Assembly: GCA_017654855.1 (NCBI GenBank)
Contig: CM030332.1
Span: 7,440,001 to 7,504,000, forward strand
DNA length: 64,000 bases
Direction: 5' to 3'
DNA from: Podospora anserina
Lineage: Eukaryota
Part shown: positions 14,401 through 26,989 of the stretch, piece by piece
How positions within the stretch are numbered: position 1 is the stretch's first letter
Layout of the letters: the number at the start of each line of letters is the position of its first letter
Translations under genes and position numbers: made by a program
The notes under the pieces: generated by a model
Told to the model about the DNA's origin: nothing
Databases searched by the model: none
What the model saw: only the letters and a program-made list of their open reading frames with translations

Positions 14401-17400
14401 GCGCCGATGTCGTATTTGAGTACGGGTATGGAGCAGATGCCGAGCTCGATGGGATTGAACTAGTAACACCTGTCACAGTACCTGGCGACGGACCCGCAGT
14501 GCCACTGCTGGGGAATACCGGAATAGTAGAGTTTGGTAGTGGAAAAGGTGGCTGGCTAGAGGATGATGGGGACAAGGAAGAAATCCCGGTTCCCGAGGTT
14601 GAGAGTCCGGGTACTGTACCACTTGGCCCGACAGGGAACGTCGTGTTGGGGAACGGAAATGGTGCTTCGGTAGACGGCAGCGTTGAGCTTGAAACTCCAG
14701 TGCTAAACGGTCCTGATGTGCCAGTAGGTCCAGGATAAGTAGTGCCGTTGGTAGTTGGGAATGGGGCCACGACGGAAGAGCTTTCAGGCAACACACTACT
14801 GATCCCAGTGCTGAAAGAGGCTACCCCGGGAACAGAAGTTCCTCTTGAGCCTGTGGGTACCGAGCTTGAGTTGAAGGTTGGGAATGGTGGTGTGATGGAA
14901 GAGGGTCCAGTTGGAATAGAGAAGATACCCGTTCCTGAATATGTAGGCGCCGTGGACAATCCTGGTGCGCTTGTAGAACCCTGGGGAAAGCTCGTGTTTG
15001 TTGTCGGAAATGGGGGAAGACTTGAAGGAACACCCGATGAAGACCCAATCACGCCTGTTCCGGATGGTGATGGCACTATACCACTCGAATAGGCTGTCGG
15101 TCCCAAAGTGAAGCTAGCATTTGACAAGGAGAATGGAGGGCTCGCAGAAGAGTATGCTGGGTATCCTGTTCCCGTTGTGAGGACTGTTTGGCTAGAAGCT
15201 CCAGTCCCAGCTGTCGCCTCTGATGTGAAGGTAGAATTGGGCAGTGGGAAGGGTGGAAGACTCGTCGAGCTGCCGGAGGGAGAAGGAATTGTTGATCCAG
15301 ATGAAGCAGTTGACCCGGTAGATAACCCTGGCGCACCAGTGGGCTCTGCAGTGAAGCTAGAGTTGGTGAATGTGAAAGGAGGCACGGTCGAGGAACCATA
15401 ACCAGACGAGGGGATGGCACCACTTGACAGTCCGGAGCCTGTCGGTGGAGTGGATGATGAATTCGACTGTGGAAAAGGAGGCAAACTGGAGGAAGGGCCA
15501 GAAGAGCTCGTTGATAAAGGACTCGATCCGCTTGAGAACCCTGATCCGGTTGGTTCAATCGTCGTGCTTGAATTTCCCAGGGGATAGGAAGGTCCTGGAC
15601 TAGCTACCGAGCTGGATGAAGCCGTTGGCAGCGTTGAGAAGCCGCCCGTGCTGATACTACCTGGGGCTGTGACTGTACCAAATGGGACTGAATAATTGCC
15701 AGTAGGGAAAGGAGGGACAGAGTTCGTGACCGTGCTTCCAAATATTCCAGAACTGGTAGGGCCGATGGGACTAGTCCCAGGCGAGTTTGGGCCCGGGGAC
15801 GAAGCAGATGTGTTTGTGAGCGGATATGGCACAGACGAGGTGCCAATGGCCGAAGATGCAAGACCGGACGGTGCAGTTCCGCTCGATGATGCAGTTGTGA
15901 CAATTTCTGTCCCCGAGATTGAGGCTGTGATATTCGTCAACGGAATGTAAGTCTCGCTTGCGGTGCCAGACGTTGAGCCTGTTCCTGATGGTCCGCTTGT
16001 TACTCCAGTCGAATTGCTCCAAGGATATGACGCCGTTCCGCTTCCAGTCGACACGGCTGGTGCTGTTCCACTTGATGTTCCAGGTGACAGCACAGTCAGT
16101 GAACTCTCGGTCCCGGGTATCGGGTTTGTTCCCGAAGGACCGACGATGGTGGTAGAATTTGCAAATGGATAAGAAAGAGAGCTCGGGGTTGATGTTGAAA
16201 GACTTGATGGTAGACCAGAGCTCCCTGTGCCTGGGATTGTCCCTGTTGGTTTTGGCGTCGTAGTGAAGTTCCCGGTTGGGTACGGCGCACTTGATGTTAG
16301 TGAGGTGCCGTTGGGGCTCGAGACGGATGGAGTGCTTGTTCCTGGAACACCAGATGAAGTTGAGGACGGAGAAGATAAAGAGGTTGGTTGCAATGATGCT
16401 CCAGAAGAACCAGTGCCCGTAGGAAAGTAATAGCTTGATGAGCTGGAGTTTGACAATGGAAAAGGAACAGACGGCGAAAGACTGCCCGTCAAAGAAGAGA
16501 TGCCTTTGGATACCGTACTTGTTTGCGCACCGCTCGTGCCGGGGATCGCAGATGGGACTGTAGTATTTCCAGTAGGATATGGGGCCGATGTTGTCGGCAA
16601 CGCAGTAGGTGTGAGGGTCGAAAGCGTGTTGATAGGGGGTGTCGTCCCAGTAGGCGAGTTACCAGTACCAGGGCCGGCGACGGTTGATGTGCTATTTGGC
16701 AAAGGAAAGGGAAGCGAAGATGACAGCACCGGTGGAATTGTCGGCACACCAGGGCTACTGGAGCTCACAGGCACAGAGCCGTTAGACGACAGAGACGGCG
16801 AGCTTACAGGTAATCCAGATGATGGGGTTGCAGTTGAAGAGCCCACCCCTGACCCAGGCACAGTGCCACCAGAGCTGATAGTACTGTTTGGAAGTGGATA
16901 AGGCACCGACGATGATCCGAAGCTCGAAGCAGGCACTGAAAAACCAGAGGTCTCTGTGCCCACAAGGCTAGTCGAACCTGGCGAGGGAGATACCACGATT
17001 GGCACGCTGGAGAGCCCAGAAAAGATTCCAGTTGATGTCCCATAGCTTGATGGCGTTGGACCAGGGCCGTTACTTCCAATGCTGGTGCTGCCTCCGGATT
17101 CTGTAGAGTTTGGAAATGGAAATGGTATTGTAACACTGGTCCCAGACGCAAAAGTTGTAGGTAAGGTGCCCGGTTGCGAAGAGGTGGCGGTGCCAAATGG
17201 GATGGATCCAGTCGATGAAGTTGGAAATAGCAATGTACTACTGCTTGTGCTTGACACGGTAGACGAGGTGGCATTTCCTGGCGTGGTGAATGGATAAGCT
17301 GTGCTGGGACCAGCGGAGCCTGGAAGGCTGGAGCTCGAATTGCCGGACGGGAATGGTTGCAAAGATGAGCCAGTTGGACCAGCTGAACCAAAACTGGTAC

Positions 17401-19633
17401 CAGATCCAGAAGGCAGTGTTGTCACTGAGACTGAAGACGAAGATGTTACAGTGGCAAATGAAGATGTTGAAGGCAATCCTCCAGACGTTGAAGTGCCAGT
17501 CACATTTGAGAAGGAAGATGAGCGTCCCGATGTTGTTGCAGGGCGAGACGTTCCAGGACCAAAGGGTGCAAATGGTTCAGAGGCGGTTGAGCTTTCACTT
17601 AAAGGCAAGGAGCTGTTGGTATAAGGATATGTCGTTGGAACGGGAACCGAAGAGGTCGAGGTCGAGAGACCTGCCGATGACGAGGATGTAGCAGTTACTG
17701 AACCCTCAACTCCCGTTGTTGAAGACGTGGTGTTATATCCGTATGGTGCAGTGCTTGTAGACGGCAAAGTTCCAGTGCTAGATTCTGGCACTGATACTGA
17801 GCTGTTTGACGATGGCAACGACGATGTTGTGACTGATGCACCACCAATTGTTGTGTTGACATAGGGAATGCTGCTGGTCAAACTGCTGAGTACTGACGAA
17901 GAAGTTCCGAGCGAAATTGTGCTGATCGAGACTGAGCCAGCCAAGGATGGCGTAAGAGTGACGGAAGAGATTTCACTCTGTGTTGTATTGGCACCTGGAA
18001 CCGTAGAGCTTCCACCGGACCCAGTTGGGGCGGTTGTGGCTGTCGAGTTCCATCCTGAGGGCTGGCTTGACGAAGACGTAGGATAGCCTCCTGTTTCGCT
18101 AGTCAAAAGAGAACTTGACGATTCAACAGAGGTTGTCGACAATGAAGCGGCGGTCCCAGTGCGGCTGCTGCCAGTGCTTATTGGCGTCTCGGAAGCGGAC
18201 TCGGTAGACAAGGTCGAGGTGCTCGGCGACACAATGGAGAGTGAACCTGAGATCGAAATAAATGTACCAGTCGCTGTCAGTGTCACAGTCCCGGTTGTTG
18301 TCAGCACCGCAGAAGCACTTGTTGACTGAGATTCGCTTGCGGCCGTTGTGCTACTCGACGTCTCATTAGGAGAAGTGGATGATGGTGACACCGGAGAGCT
18401 TGTGGTCGCAGCCGTCGTTGCTGTGCCCGACGTGGTCGATTCTGTACTCCCGACTATAGATGAGCTGATCAAAGTTGTTGAAGACCCGGTTGGTTCCATC
18501 GAACCACTGCTAAGACTGGATGCTGCAGTTTGTACTTCACTGGAACTAGCCCCTGATGTGCTTGAAAGACTGATTGGAACAGAACTTGGACCTGAGACCG
18601 AGCTAATGACTGAAGAAACAGATGATGGCACGGAAGAAGTCCCGGAACTGCTGCCGGTAGAGATCCCTGCCGATGCTGAGCCTGTGCTCGATGTTGGGCC
18701 ACCGGAAGAAGCAGAAGGACTCTCACTCGAAGGCCCGGTTGAATATCCAGACAATGTACTGGTCAAAGCACTAGACGACACAGAGCTAGTAATCGAGACA
18801 GGTGTTGACGATTCAGGTGGAAGCGACCCTGTCACCGAAAAGGAGCCGAGAGAAGGCGTAACACTCGGAGAGGATGATGCGCTGGCTGATGTCTCCGAAC
18901 TTGTCGTAAACGTAGGGGTGCCCTCCGTAGATGTGGAAGACACGCCCGAGGTAGTCGATGTCATAGGGTAAGGAGATGTGCTCTCGGAAGATTCCGTGCT
19001 GGACGTCGAAAACGTATACCCCCCAGTCGAGCTTGGAGTGGTGAAAGTGTACTCATTTGACGATGTCGTCTTCTCCGGCTCATTCGAACCAGTGGTGTCA
19101 TAAGGGTTTCCTATATGTCCATCAAAGGTCAGTAAGCTATTCACAGCAGCACACGATCCATGATCGCACAACAAAACAAAAACGCAGAACTTACCAGGCG
19201 TAGTGTAGCCATACCCCCCACTGGTAGTTGAAACAGGTGGCGGAGGGGGCCCATATCCCAGTGGCTCCTCATCATCACCATCATCCCCATCAACCCCATC
19301 ATCTCCATCATCCCCATCATCCCCATCATCGACACCGTCACCATCATCATCACCACCATCATCCGTCCATTCACCATCATCATCGCCATCCTCATCGTCG
19401 CCATCATCTCCACCACCATCCCCACCATTCCCACCATCCTCTCCTGGATCTTGCCTAGGCACCAAACGCTCATAGCTCACATGTGATATTCCCACCTCGG
19501 GAACAGCAGGGAGTCCAACTGCCCGTCTGAAACGTGACCACAGACCGCCATCCTCACGAGCCAATGTGAGAGGCGTCGAATTGAGAATGGTAATGACCGA
19601 AGCAAGGCCAACAACCACGGCTGAAGCCTTCAT
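11457..19633 (-). CDS. Giant secreted Ser/Thr/Gly/Pro-rich mucin-like glycoprotein (~2680 aa); exons 19633-19195, 19110-11752, 11701-11457
   Basis: 2643-aa ORF with signal peptide (MKASAVVVGLASVITILNSTPLTLA), Asp/Gly-rich tract and repeated P[YF]PxxNx[ST]. Introns 19194-19111 (GTAAGT..CTGAC..TAG) and 11751-11702 (GTATGT..GCTAAC..TAG); the second joins in frame to ORF 11457..11720. Confidence 0.88.
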
Positions 19634-21207
19634 CCTTGTGAGGAAGCAAGACTGTCGGGGGCCTGATACTCGGCGGTATGTGGTTGATGAAAGTTGACCC
19701 CTACAAGAAACAGCTCGTGAGAGAAGCTATACTTGTTCGGGGCAGGCTGGATGCACGAGAGGGTCTGGTGTCTATCCTTGATTGGTACGGCAAAGCAAAG
19801 CATGCGGCAAAGTCATGAACTATGTCATAGCAAAGAATAAAAGGGTATGGCAGAACAAAGTTTGAGATTCGATTCTTCGAAGATCTGTTGACCTAGCGGT
19901 GCTGGCAAAGATTCAAGAATGAACGACGTGTTCGGGGTATGCTCCTCTGCCCCTATCGATGGTGATGATGTGGGAGGGGGTGAATGATACCTAGGCAAGC
20001 CCCGGCGAGGAACGATCAGAAGGCCGCCGAAATGATACGAGAAGACAAAAGCCGGCTGGAACGTGGAGTAGGAGGCAATGGGGGGAAGGAGCGGGTGAGG
20101 GAAGCGGGAGACGGCGGACCCGCGAAATGAGGAACAACGACAGATATAGCAGGAACACCCCTGAGATCAGCGAGACTCGAGAGAAAATCTCCGACATTCT
20201 GCCTGCCACCTCATATCTATCAGGGTGTCTGAACTGAAGTGGAAGGGGCGATGGAACCTGGAGCGGGACAAGTTCCTCAACGTCGCCCGAGAATGGCGTC
20301 AGGTTAGGTAGTAGCACATGGAACGAGAGATATCGGTCTTGTCTGGGGCGGGAAAGGGCGAAGAGGACGAGGGGCTCCGCTCTTGGGAACCGTCGAGTCC
20401 CCGGCCTCCCGATGTTCCGTCCTTCTGCTCAGGATGGAAGGAGCATGCCTGTGCTGCCTGGAACAGCTTGGATGGGACTGGAGAGAAGGAAGTATGCATG
20501 TCCAATGTGTTAGCATCAGATGTGGACACATGCTGGAGATAATGCAATACCTCCCTAACGGCAGAGACTCGAAATGAAGTCTTCTCATGCCCCCCTGCTC
20601 TGGATCTTTGTCTAACACTCGGTTTCGGCCTGGAGCGACAGAGAATCCATCTGAAATCGGCCTGACTTACTTCTTGGGTGACTCTGGAGAATCCATGTCC
20701 TCTGTGATGATGGTGATGGCGGTGGCCTTTCACTCTCCTCAAAGCGGTGAGGAGGGTTTGGATGAGACGGGAACAGCGAGTGGATGGCTGAGCGGGTGCA
20801 CCTTGGGCAGCCCCGCCCAGGATTCTGTTTGCTCCTGCGCAGAGTAAGGCAAGTGAACGCAACTGTTGGCAAGATGGCACACAGAGAAGAGGGAGAAACC
20901 GTAGCTGATTGGGAACACCCGCCCATTGTGGGAGCTGCCGCTGTCAGGCCTTCCCGATCCCCGACGTCTTGTTTTCTTTTCTCTAATGCTTGTTTGGGTG
21001 GGAGGTTCGCTCTGTCAGCCACGCCTTGCCTGTCTTGAAATCACATGGCAGCTTCAGTCAGTTGATTGATGCTGGGGTTGCTGATTATCCCGGTGACCGG
21101 TAATCCTAGCTCTGGTCCATAATATCGGTTGTTTCTGCCTGTTTTCTCCAAGGGAGTCTGTTCATCCCAAAAAGCCCACAACCATGAAGTGAAACTTGTT
21201 CACCCCG

Positions 21208-21211
<4 letters not shown>

Positions 21212-21255
<44 letters not shown>
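21212..21255. repeat. (GA)22 microsatellite
   Basis: Perfect GA dinucleotide run in intergenic DNA. Confidence 0.97.
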
Positions 21256-21258
<3 letters not shown>

Positions 21259-22369
21259 GTTCCCCGGTCGGATACGGTTCCTTCCAGAGGTATGTGCCCC
21301 GTCGACGTAACGTCTTTGTTCCGCCTCGTCTGGTATCATGTGTGGTAACAATCAGCTCTGTCAATATTGAGGGGTGGCAGGCTTATGGAACATCATATCA
21401 GTCTTTTCAAGCCTTTGGATGAGTACCAAGGGACTTCCCGAGTTGCTCAGGCCGGGAGCTGGTGACATCGGTGAAAGAACTGAAGCTGCCCCGGTGCTGT
21501 AGCTCCTGACAGAGCTTGTCAGCTAAGATAAGAGGTGCCGAAGAAGTACTACAGGTATCTGTTGTCGTGCTTGCATCACGCCAGAGCTTGTCGATGGTTA
21601 CTTGACAGGGATCGCTATATGCAAGCTGCCGTACAACTAGATTGCTTGTTCCTGGTGTTGGGTTGCACTTTGTTTCGCGGTGCCTGAATTCTCAATGTGT
21701 GCTGAGATGGCAGCATATCTCACAAGTGCTGTGTATTGCTGTGTCATGGAAAAGGCCATCAATTATCCGAGTGTCGCCGTGGGATGTGTGCAATTCTGCA
21801 TTGTAGTCGTTGGAAACCTCAATTGCTCATTACTACGGCCTCAATTACCGAATGTAGGTCCACACTGTGGCCTATTCTTCTGGCTCGTTTTTTGTCTTTA
21901 ATTGTGTTCACCTGGATGTCCTGAAGCCCAGCCTACAAGACAGCATGTGCAAAACAACGTTCAATTAAAAGACAGAGCATCCTTCTTTGAAAACCTGCAG
22001 GCAAAATGCCGGAGAACGCCTTCCGTAATGCAAACTAAGACGAATTAAGAACCATCAAATCCATGCCCTTGAGCTCCTTGACCACCTCAACCCTGTGAGA
22101 AGAAATCCCACGCAAGCTTGGATACCACGAAACAATGTTGGAACTTCCAGCGCCGATAAAGCTTCGCCATTTCCGAGCGTCGAAAGGGTGGCACGGCATG
22201 CTGCGCTGTCAAAATGTCGTGCTCCACCGTCTATCGATGCTGCTCCCCTAAATGCCGCCCTCACCTTCACATGGGTTTCTCTGTATCATGCTGAAAGGAA
22301 CACCGTTGGGACTGTGTGACCGGGCCCTGGTCGATCAGGTAATCTCGGCCCTTTGCACGAGTCCAGATC

Positions 22370-23497
22370 TCACTCCACTTTCTTGGCCGCCTCCCGGAGT
22401 TCGGGGGCTGTGGCCTTGGTCATCTCGGTATCCTTGCCCTCGATATCAGCGGCCCAGAGAGCAGCGCCAACTAGATAAGATGTCAGCAATAAACATTAGG
22501 TTTCCATTTCCAAGAGACCTACCTGTGTTGGTGAACGAGAAGACGATGGAGGCCACCGGAACCATCTCGAGAAGGGTGGCAGCAGTTCCGAAACTGGTAA
22601 CGTCAGTCATGGTTAGCCAAACCAAAGCCTCAAATTGTGCGTGGTACGTCAGAGTGTCGCAGGTGGATAGTTTAGCCGACATGTGCGCTCTCGAAGCGAT
22701 TTGTGCTTCATGAATCCAAGACTTTCGGAGGCGTCTGGGAAGAGATATAAACTCACCCAGTGTAGGGGCCCTTATGCTTTGAGAGCCACTCAGACTTTCT
22801 GGATGCAGACCATCCCTTGAGTTGGAAGTACTAGAAGCCATGTAAGCGAGAGTTAGGTATGTGGGTAAGAGATGTTTCCACTAACCCGATCATGAACAGA
22901 GTTGCCACGAGCGCGGCCGCGGATAATGATGAAGGCCACTGTTCCAACAATCGGAATAAAGTTGAGAGGCAAGTACATGAAGTATCGAACCAGCTCCTTA
23001 ACGCTGAATTTGCTGAATGGTTTCTTCAGTGCCTTGCCCAGTTTCTGAATAGCGTCTCCCCGAGAGTTAACCTCTCTGCCATTTGCAACGATCTCTGTCT
23101 TGTTTTTCGCGATCAGTGTACCGTCGAATGTGTCCAGAAGCGCGTCCTGGAGCAGCAAGCTTTTCGAGAGGATCGAGACAACGGCTGCGCTCTCGTTGAG
23201 GACAAGAAGGATAGTTGTGAGCACAGCGAGAGGCCCGTTCACGAAGACCATGATGGCCAACTGAGGGAGATATGTGAAGAAGAACATGGGTCCAATGACT
23301 GAAGCATAGAGCCCGAGGTAAGGTACCAGCTTCGAAGCCAGGGGCTTCCACAGCTCGCGATGGGACATGAAGTAGAAAATCCCCTTGATGGGATACAAGT
23401 AAGACCGGCTTCTGGCAGCATCGTTCAGAAGGGCCTTGTATTTGTCGATGTCCTCTTTCGCGACCTCCTGGGCCTGTTCAACAAGTCGGTTGGGCAT
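22370..23497 (-). CDS. EI24-domain (Rrt8/Lds-like) multi-pass membrane protein, ~285 aa; exons 23497-22886, 22830-22757, 22593-22523, 22470-22370
   Basis: Motifs SYLYPIKGIFYF, FFFTYLPQ, QDALLDTFDGTL, YLPLNFIPIVG, HDRYFQLKGW, FGTAATLLEMVP, TNTVGAALWAADIE. Three canonical introns restore the frame (858 nt). Confidence 0.88.
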
Positions 23498-24335
23498 CTT
23501 GTCTGGGTCGTGTCGGATGTTGTGGTTATCCTTATCGTTATCGCGACTTATCGAGGTTGATGATGTCTGGAGGGGAGTCGTGTAGGTGCTTTTTAAAGAG
23601 TTGTTTGGGAAGAAATTTAAGGTATGGGACTCGGGGTGGTCGTGATCTCTGTCAACATTTTGAGGAAAAGCAGAAGCAATTGTTAGAGACAAGAAATCAC
23701 CTTTGTAGCCAACAAAAGCTGAGCTGCAAGCTCCTGTTGTGGTTCGGGTGACTGCCATGTATGTCGTCATTGGTTTTCCATGACGTTCTTGGCAGCTTGT
23801 TCCTTCAACGGTCAGCTCCACACTTGGCACCTTCCTGTCGGGAATGGGGACCCACATTTGCCCCCAACCCCGGTGCGTTTCCTCCTGAGGTGGCCCAAGC
23901 GTTCCATGGGGACCAGATGAGTCGATCACTGCATTGAAGACGACGAGTGTAAACCTCAAGCATAACATGACGATGCAAAGAGAAAACATTATGAATCATT
24001 TCCCTCTACCGTGCTTTCCCTTCGCCATGCCTCCAGGTGTCCTCCACCCCATCCAAGAGAACTCTCGCCAAATACAGATTTCAACCAACACCCAGTCCAA
24101 GTTGTCCTCCCTAGCGTCTAGTATAATACAGAACCCATGTATCGGTAGTAGTAAACGTCCCTAACTGCTGAGTTGTCCAGCGTAGAATTGAAAAATATGC
24201 TTTTCGTTTTATGTGCGAATGTGTGATTACAACAAATATCGAAGAAACGGCTTACCGCCCGGGTTTGTCGTGGGGTTGATGCAGCTGAAGCAGCTGGCAC
24301 AGCCAAGATGCTACATTCGCGATCATGTTGTCGGC

Positions 24336-25978
24336 CTAGGAGTACAAGGCCTCAATGAAGTAGATGAAGCCGAATACCAGAAACGCGATGGCGCCTCCAA
24401 CAGTAACTTTGTGTGATGTGTTAGCCAAGAGTCACGTATGGGACGAATATTTGGGGACGCAACTTACCAACTTTGAGACTGACCTTGCCGGCAATGGCTC
24501 TGCCTCCAATGACTGCAACACCAGTGCAGCAGGCATGGCCCAAGACGGCACCCAAAGTCACCCACCAATAATCCTGACCAGCCGCCATCGCAATGGTAGC
24601 AATTTGACTGCGGTCACCCCACTCTCCAAGGAAAGTCATGACAAAGGTCTGCACCCACGCAGGGCTCAGGAGCAGCGAAAAGAGATTGCTCAAGCCAGAT
24701 ACAAATCCACCGAGAGCGTTACGACCAGACCGGTTGCGGCTCTCGGGCGAACTCGAAGGGCTGCGAGGAGGAGTGGGGAAGCGAGACTTGGATCGGGACT
24801 TGCGAGTGCCAAGGCCCATTTCCAGAGCATACGGTGAAACACTTGATCTTCTACGACCGTGCTTTCTGGCCTCCTGCTCTTTTTCTGCCAACTCTTGTTC
24901 GACCTCCTGCATCTCGGCGGAAACACCCTCGTCCGGGCTCATAGCAAGACCTTCACGCAGCAGTCGGACACCGAAGACGGTGAAGAGCGCAGCGGCGAGG
25001 AAATGCGTCAGACGCTCCGAGATTAGGGCAGGCACGGCGTGACCCAACATGGCCGAGAGGACAGTCATGGCAACCAAGGCGCTGAGAGCGGCCGTGAAGA
25101 CCACCATCCGGTCATGCTTCATCGCCATCAAGGCAGCAACAAGGAACGTCTTGTCACCAATTTCAGAGAAGAGAATCATGGTGAGAGACAGGACAAACGA
25201 GTGGAAAGGTCGAATAAGGCCTTCAGCTTCATCGTCTCTGGAGCCCGAACTCTGGCCCTTGCTCCCCTTGGTGATGTCCAGATGGTCGATGTTGGCGGCT
25301 GAATCAGGCAAAGGAAGGGATTTGTCGTGGGTCTTTTCGGGAAGGTCTGCCGGTTTCTAAATCACTGTTAGCAATCACGTGGATATTGACCAGGTTATAC
25401 TGAAAACCAACCTCGAGACCGGAGACATCCTCTGACGTTTTATCTCTGCCCTCGCCATCTCCAGCTGCGGCCAGGATCTTCTCCTGGTCAGCGTGTGGAA
25501 GGGGAGGTGCTTCCTTTGGTGCCTGGGGCTTGTTTTCAACCTTTTCGCCAGTCTGCTCTTTGAGCTTCCGCTCCTTGTCCTTCTCGCTCACGCCGCCCTC
25601 CAATCCCGTGGTGCCCTTCTTGGGCTCCGATCGATTCTTGTCATCCATGACTCCGTCGTTGCTGTCCGGGATCTTCTTTCCGTCAATGATTGTAGGATCG
25701 GTCGGCCGGTCTTTCAGGACAGGCAACTCGGAGGATTCGGATGCGCTGTCGAGCTCGACGAAGGGACCGGCATGGGGCCTCCCGTCCTTGCCGTCAATCG
25801 GCGCATCCTTGGTACCATACTTTTTGACGGCTGCTGGTGTGTCGATGATGGGGTCTGATCTGTAGGAGTCGGCGGCAACCGAGTCCCTATCCAGCTGTCG
25901 TTCGGCGAGAACAGCGGTTGCGGCAAGGGACTGTAGGAGCAGGAGAAGGAGTGGCGATTGCTTATGACGCAGCTTCAT
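24336..25978 (-). CDS. GDT1: GDT1/TMEM165 (UPF0016) Ca2+/Mn2+:H+ antiporter with signal peptide and luminal N-terminal extension, ~508 aa; exons 25978-25412, 25356-24468, 24406-24336
   Basis: Two family motifs, SEIGDKTF and GEWGDRSQ; two GT..AG introns splice in frame (1527 nt). Confidence 0.93.
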
Positions 25979-26989
25979 CGTGGGCTAAAGACGTGACAGC
26001 AAGGGAATGCTAGTTCTATTTTGTATGTCGTGGTGTGACTGCCAACGTTCTACTGTGATCGCAACGAAGGAAGGCCGAAAACCGTTATGCCGTGGCTTTT
26101 GTCGTATGGCGCAAATCGGGGGCCTACGTGCTGCAGGTAAGGTCGGGAAACCGTGTCGATGCCGCCGCGTGTTGCAGTTGTTGCGATTATGATTATGTTG
26201 TCTTCTGCTGAAAAAGGTATACACAAGGGATTGTCAGAAGAGAAAGAGAACGAGCTGCGGGTTAGAAGCCAGCAGCAAACACGAGAACGGTTGTACTGTA
26301 GAGATGGAAAAGTTGAGGCGAGGTTGTTGGAATGCTGGCCTGCGCGGATCCTTGCCAGGGGGTTTTCTGGGGATGAATTTCTTAGCGGGCTGCACGGGAA
26401 AGGGTGTTTCACCGCACAGCCACTCGAATCTAGATTCTCTACCACTCAGGGGGGCTCAACAGCATAGAGGGTAACATTTGGGTGGGAAATGTCCATATCT
26501 GAATTACGTGATCAGATCATTGGTCGAGACAGCGTCGTCAGTGTAAGCGTAGGTATACCAGCCACGGGGGTCCCTACTTGTCTGCTATCTTTGCAGCCTG
26601 GTCAACTATTGACTTTTCCAGGCCAGTTGGCTATGTTTTGAGATCTGGGCTACTTAGTATCTGCATAGACTATGATCTTGGAGCTTCTTTTGAAACATTT
26701 TAAGAGAGGTTTTGCTCAGGCAGATTTGCAAGACTTGTTGTGTTCAGTCCATGACATGCTTTCAGGTTTCAGCCACGGAGCAAAAGCAGCTTCTAACCCT
26801 AACCCTTAAAGCAACATGCCAGGCGGTGACCATGGATCCGCTTCTGACTCTTCAAATTTCGTGATTTCATTTTGTAGGTGTAAAAGCTGTTCTCTAAACT
26901 CTTTGACTCGCAGCAGAAACTTACACCCCCAAAGCGACTTTCCCACCCAGCTGCAAGACCATTTTCTCACCCAACCTTCCACCACAACA

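Noticed and set aside
12009-18971. Many V/G/E/D-rich plus-strand ORFs
   Set aside because: Antisense read-out of the Ser/Thr/Pro-rich giant gene.
19700-22300. Short overlapping ORFs in the 2.7-kb intergenic region
   Set aside because: No coding-like composition, motifs or coherent splice model.
23498-23989. 164-aa N-terminal extension of the EI24-like ORF in the ORF track
   Set aside because: Not protein-like and not part of the recognisable family region; ATG 23497 is the more plausible start.
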